Origin: Fonticula alba ATCC 38817
Taxonomy: Eukaryota > Protista > Nucleariida
NCBI GenBank assembly: GCA_000388065.2
Contig: KB932218.1
Length of the DNA: 11,795 bases
Reading direction: 5' to 3' (one strand)
Below, in pieces: positions 7,761 to 11,795 of the stretch. Below the pieces are notes generated by a model. It was not told where the DNA came from. It did not search any database and was given only the letters and a program-made list of their open reading frames with translations. A program made the position numbers and the translations under genes. The first letter of the stretch is position 1. Every line of letters begins with the position of its first letter.

Positions 7761-10413
7761 ATGGCCACGCGCAGGTGGCGCACCAAAAGCGACCACGCGC
7801 AGGAGCACGTCCCCGAGGACCGGAATGTCGTGGGCGAGGTTGTCGGCCCCTATGTATGTGCTTGACCTTTGGGTGTGCCCTTTTGCCGGAGACCATCTGC
7901 GCTGGATGCTGACGCCGCCCTTTGCCCCGGGGGTTTTCTTTTTACAGATTGTCGGTGACGAGCTTGGCCGCGGGTCATCTGGCTATGTGAAGCGCGCCAT
8001 CAACTCCGAAAACGGTGCGCATGTCCGGTTCCCGTGGCTTGCGACCTGGCGCGCGAGTGCATGCATGCGCCTTTCCACTCACCTGTCCGACTGCGTGCTG
8101 CTCCTGTAGGGCACTTCGTGGCCATCAAGCAGTTTCCCAGGTCGATCTTCTCGCCGGAGCAGGTGCGTCCCGTGAAGCGCTTTGCTTTTGATCGTGTGTT
8201 TGTTCTTTTGCGCGTGTGTGCGCGTGTGTGCGCGTGTGTGGCTCCATGTGCCTGCATGTGGCTCCATGTGCCTCCATCTACGCACATGTGTATGCATGCG
8301 CCTGCATGTACACGCGTGTGCCTCCATGCGCCTCTGATGTAGCATAGCTGACCCTGGGCTTTGCCACCGCGCAGTTTCGCGTCCTCGAGGCGGAGATCGA
8401 TTCGCTCCAGCGCCTGGCGCACCATCAGAACATCGTCCGCGTGCTGGATGTCATCCGCGGCCCGGCCTACTTGAACTTGGTCCTGGAGTGTGCGCCGCCC
8501 CAGCCGCCCTTCCGGGCCCCGACGCGCTGTCGCGCCATGCTGGCCTTCCCCTTGCCCTGTGCCCCCACCCCCTTCCCATGCCCTGCCACGCCATGCTAAC
8601 AGGCCCCGGCGCGCAGATGTCGAGAGCGGCTCGGCCGCCCAGATCATCGAGAACTTCGGCTTCTTCCCGGAGCCCCTGGCCGCATTGTACATCTCCCAAT
8701 CGCTGAAGGTGCGCCCGGTGGCGACATGGCCCGCGAGCGCCTCTGCCTGGTGCCTTTCTTTTCCTCCTCACGCACGCCCCCCCNNNNNNNNNNNNNNNNN
8801 NNNNNNNNNNNNNNNNNNNNNNNNNNNNNNNNNNNNNNNNNNNNNNNNNNNNNNNNNNNNNNNNNNNNNNNNNNNNNNNNNNNNNNNNNNNNNNNNNNNN
8901 NNNNNNNNNNNNNNNNNNNNNNNNNNNNNNNNNNNNNNNNNNNNNNNNNNNNNNNNNNNNNNNNNNNNNNNNNNNNNNNNNNNNNNNNNNNNNNNNNNNN
9001 NNNNNNNNNNNNNNNNNNNNNNNNNNNNNNNNNNNNNNNNNNNNNNNNNNNNNNNCCGCTCGGCCGCGTCTGCCCGGTGACTGACCCGTCCTTTCCGGCC
9101 CCCCGCTCGCCGGATGCGTTCGCGCTTGCTGGCGCCAGATTTCGGCCTGACCAAGGCCGCCGAGCTGAATGTCCCATACTGGTGTACGTTTATCGTCCTC
9201 CCTCCGCTCTTCTCCCCGCCCACCCGTCTTTAGTCCGCCTGCGCTCCTGGACACACGGCCGCAGCCGGTCCTGCGCTCCTGCCTCCGCCCGTGCTGACAC
9301 TTTGCTCCGGCCCCTGCCCTGCCATGTGGGCGGCACAGCCTCGCCAGAGCTCCTCGACGGCGCGGCCCCCGGCAAGCCGGCCGACATTTGGGCGCTGGCG
9401 TGCACGGCCATGGAGTTCACCACCGGGGCACCGCCGTGGGCCGAGCTGCAGCCGGCCACAGCGGCCGCGCGCCTGGCCACCAGCCTGCCGACGCCGCCGG
9501 GGCACGCGTCGGCCGAGCTGGTGGCCTTCCTGGCCCGGTGCTTTGTGCACGACCCGGCTGGCCGGTGTACGGTGGATGCGCTGCTCGAGGACGAGTGGGT
9601 CAGCGCCGTGTCGCCGGTCATCGTGGAAGAGGCGGCCGCAGGGGCGGCGCTCCCCCGGCAGCCGGCAGCCCGGCCGTCCAAGTCGGACGGGCCGCCCTCG
9701 GTGGTCACCTCCGCCGGGCTGGTCCCCTCGGGCGGGGTATGTTTCTTCTTGCCTCCTTCCTCCTCCCCTTTTTTTTTTCGGCCGGTCGCCCGGTTCTGAC
9801 CCCCTCCTTCTCGGGCATGGCGTCCTTGGCGCCTGGCGATGGGGCTGGGGCACTTTTGCTGCTCGGTGTCCAGGGCCCGGCCGGCCCGGTGTCCGGGGGC
9901 GCCCCGGTCGAGCGCATGATGATCCGAGTGGTCATGCAGCTGGGCGAGGGCGAGTCCGCCAAGACCATCTACGTCCAGCGGCAAATCACCGCGCGTGCCC
10001 TGGTGTCGGTCATCCTGAACAAGGTGCGCTCAGTGGCGCCGGGCGCTGCTTTGCCTTCTTGCCGCTTCCGGCCCCGGCCCCCGCTCTCGGTGGGGCTCCT
10101 TGCTGCTGACCCCTGCCCCCCGCTCCTCCTCTCCCTCCTCCTCCTCCCTGCCGCCGCATGTGGTGTGCTTGGCCCTCGCCGCGCCGGCCGACGCGGCCTG
10201 TTCGACTCGCGCCCCATCCCGCCCTCGGCCTGGGTCGGTGGCGAGGCCCGCAGCTGAGCGCCTACTACAACCCCGAGGACTACTGCATCGCCGAGTACCA
10301 CACCACCAAGGGTACGCCCCGGCCCTCGGCCTGTCCCGTCCGCTGGCCGGGAGTCTCTGCTCACCTACGCGCCCCTGTGCTCCCAATCTCTCTCTATCTC
10401 TCTCCCATGCCCC

Positions 10414-10452
<39 letters not shown>

Positions 10453-11069
10453 GAGAAGCAGATCTTCCTCGACCACGAATACCCGGCACAATACTACGAC
10501 TCGGACCAGACGCTCGACTTCCAGCTGCGCATCGAGCCGCGCCCGGCCGACATGATCTGCGGGACCCTGCGCCGGCGGCGGGGCCGGCTCATGTCGCGCC
10601 ACTGGCAGACGCAGTACTGCGTGCTGGACACGCACGAGCGATACCTTGCTTTCTATCAGCGCGCCCCTCGCCCGGGGGAGGAGGCCCTCGAGCCGGCCAC
10701 CGACGTCATCTGGGACCTGACGCACATTGACTCGGTGGTGATCAGCTCGCGCGACGCGACCCGGTGCGCATCCCGCGGCCGGCTGCCGCACTCCCCCCCC
10801 CCCCTCCCTCCTCTCCTCGCTGCCTTCCAATGCCGCGGGCGCCCGACTGACCTGCCGCCTGCCTCTCCCCTCCGCCCGCGCCCCTGCCCTCTGTCCTGCC
10901 TGCTGGTCTATCCCCCGGCCCCCGGGCCAGCTTCGCCATCGAGTGCGCCGGGCAGGTGCACCACATGGCAGCCAACTCCATAGACGACGCCCTGCGCTGG
11001 ACCAATGCCCTGCGCCACGCCAGCGGGTGCCCCTTCCAGCTGGGCTTCCGCAAGGACTTCGGCAACTAG
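7761..11069 (+). CDS. STE-group (STE11/Cdc15-like) Ser/Thr kinase with C-terminal RA and PH domains; one exon missing in assembly gap
   Basis: Exons: 7761-7853, 7948-8014, 8110-8162, 8375-8489, 8617-8708, [gap exon], 9139-9183, 9339-9736, 9874-10023, 10254-10311, 10454-10763, 10931-11069 (TAG). All visible introns are GT..AG with consistent phases. Motifs: YIVGDELGRGSSGYV, FVAIKQF, EAEI, HQNIV, LVLEYVESGS, ENFGFFPEPLAALYISQ, DFG, PYWSSPE, ADIWALAC, PPW, RCFVHDPAGR. 1520 nt are visible. The subfamily call rests on motif resemblance from memory. Confidence 0.88.
8210..8332. repeat. Intronic GT/GC-rich low-complexity repeat
   Basis: gcgcgtgtgt units, then recurring gctccatgtgcct / gcctgcatgt variants, inside intron 8163-8374. 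Confidence 0.8.
8784..9055. other. Assembly gap (272 N) predicted to hide the catalytic-loop exon of the STE kinase
   Basis: The exon before ends in phase 0 (SQSLK|) and the exon after begins AT-TTC-GGC (phase 1, completing DFG). Kinase subdomains VIa-VIb are absent from the visible sequence. Confidence 0.9.
9919..10530 (+). other. Ras-association (RA, ubiquitin-like) domain, spread over three exons
   Basis: Spliced MIRVVMQLGEGESAKTIYVQRQITARALVSVILNKLSAYYNPEDYCIAEYHTTKEKQIFLDHEYPAQYYDSDQTLDFQLR fits the RA pattern by eye (KTI-x-V...TA..V...L.K...P.DY.I.E...E.P...F.LR). Confidence 0.78.
10417..10449. repeat. (CA)16 microsatellite immediately before a 3' splice site
   Basis: cacaca...c is followed directly by gcag|AG AAG CAG (acceptor at 10453). 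Confidence 0.95.
10552..11021 (+). other. Pleckstrin homology (PH) domain
   Basis: ICGTLRRRRGRLMSRHWQTQYCVL...YLAFY...DVIWDLTHIDSVVI...RFAIE..VHHMAANSIDDALRWTNALRHA: G-x-L-basic strand 1, W..Y.VL strand 2, and a terminal helix with the conserved Trp. Confidence 0.85.
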
Positions 11070-11795
11070 CGCGGCCGGCCCCCCCCCCTGGGAGGAGGCG
11101 GCGGGAATACATTATCGATGCGTTGGCACCTGGGCCCCGCTCGTACTTCGGTTGGGATCTGACTACGAGGCGCGGGGGGGGGGCGCGGGCGCGCCCTGGC
11201 GTTGATCTCCCGGGGCCGGCGAGAGGGGCGCGGAGGCCGGGGTGTGGGGGGGGGGGGCCGAGAAAGGGCGCAAGGGGAGCGGAGGTCGGCGCGCGCGCGC
11301 GCGGCGGGGTACGCCCGGCTGCCCCGCGGCGCCCCGTTGCATCACCGGCTCCGTCACCTCCGGCGGCGGGGGCTCCCCGGTGTGGGTGCGTCCTTCTCGA
11401 CATTTCGGGAGGCCTCCGGGGCGTGTGCGGCGGCCAGCGGGACGGGCTCCGTCGAGCCGGGCCGCGCTCGCGCCCGGGCCCTCGGCCTTTTGGCCCCTCC
11501 CCCGGTCCCGGGCGCGGCCGTGCGTGCCCCTCTCCCTCCCCTGGGGGGGACCCCTGGGCGAGTTGATGATCGGCCCGGGGCGAACGTGCCCTCGGACCGC
11601 GTAGTGCACGGGGCGCGAAGGGGGAGGCTGATGCTCCCACGGTGGGCCGTCGGCGGGGCCCCATGCGCGCGCGCGCGCCCCGCCTCGCCCTGATCTCCTC
11701 CGGGTCGGGGTTTTTTCAGCGCGTGGCCCCGGGCGCCTGCCCCGCCGGCCGTGGCGGCACCCCCCTCCCGCGCGTGCTCTCCCTCCCTCCCCCCA

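Noticed and set aside
8488-8489. Alternative donor GTGTGC at 8488 for STE kinase exon 4
   Set aside because: It gives a frameshift with acceptor 8616. The donor at 8490 (GTGCGC) restores the canonical LEYVESGS.
11052-11069. C-terminal KDFGN containing DFG
   Set aside because: A chance tripeptide outside any kinase fold; also not a CAAX or PDZ-type ending.
11070-11795. ORFs on both strands at the right end
   Set aside because: Arg/Gly/Pro/Ala-rich GC shadows with no motifs or consistent splice signals; probably UTR or intergenic.

Overview
This is GC-rich, intron-containing eukaryotic DNA, not prokaryotic. Most listed ORFs are shadows of high GC or of repeats. Reading GT-AG splice sites by hand gives three gene models. 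(1) The first exon of a minus-strand gene that runs off the left edge (180..101). (2) A five-exon minus-strand gene (5510..641, about 1268 aa) for a single-pass receptor kinase: signal peptide, a SASTSTSA-type Ser/Thr/Ala repeat, about 13-14 furin-like Cys-rich repeats, one transmembrane helix and a TKL-like kinase with a non-RD catalytic loop (HLDIKPAN). (3) A divergently transcribed plus-strand gene (7761..11069, 11 visible exons plus one predicted inside an assembly gap) for a STE11/Cdc15-like Ser/Thr kinase followed by a Ras-association (RA) domain and a PH domain. The kinase-RA-PH architecture, with its short activation segment lacking the usual G-T, is the most unusual element. Its head-to-head position with the non-RD receptor kinase is also notable. 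Two N gaps (1150-1369, 8784-9055) and several intronic micro/minisatellites are present. GC content, intron style and the furin-repeat TKL receptor suggest a unicellular opisthokont such as Fonticula, but that is an inference. No RNA genes, mobile elements or CRISPR arrays were supported.
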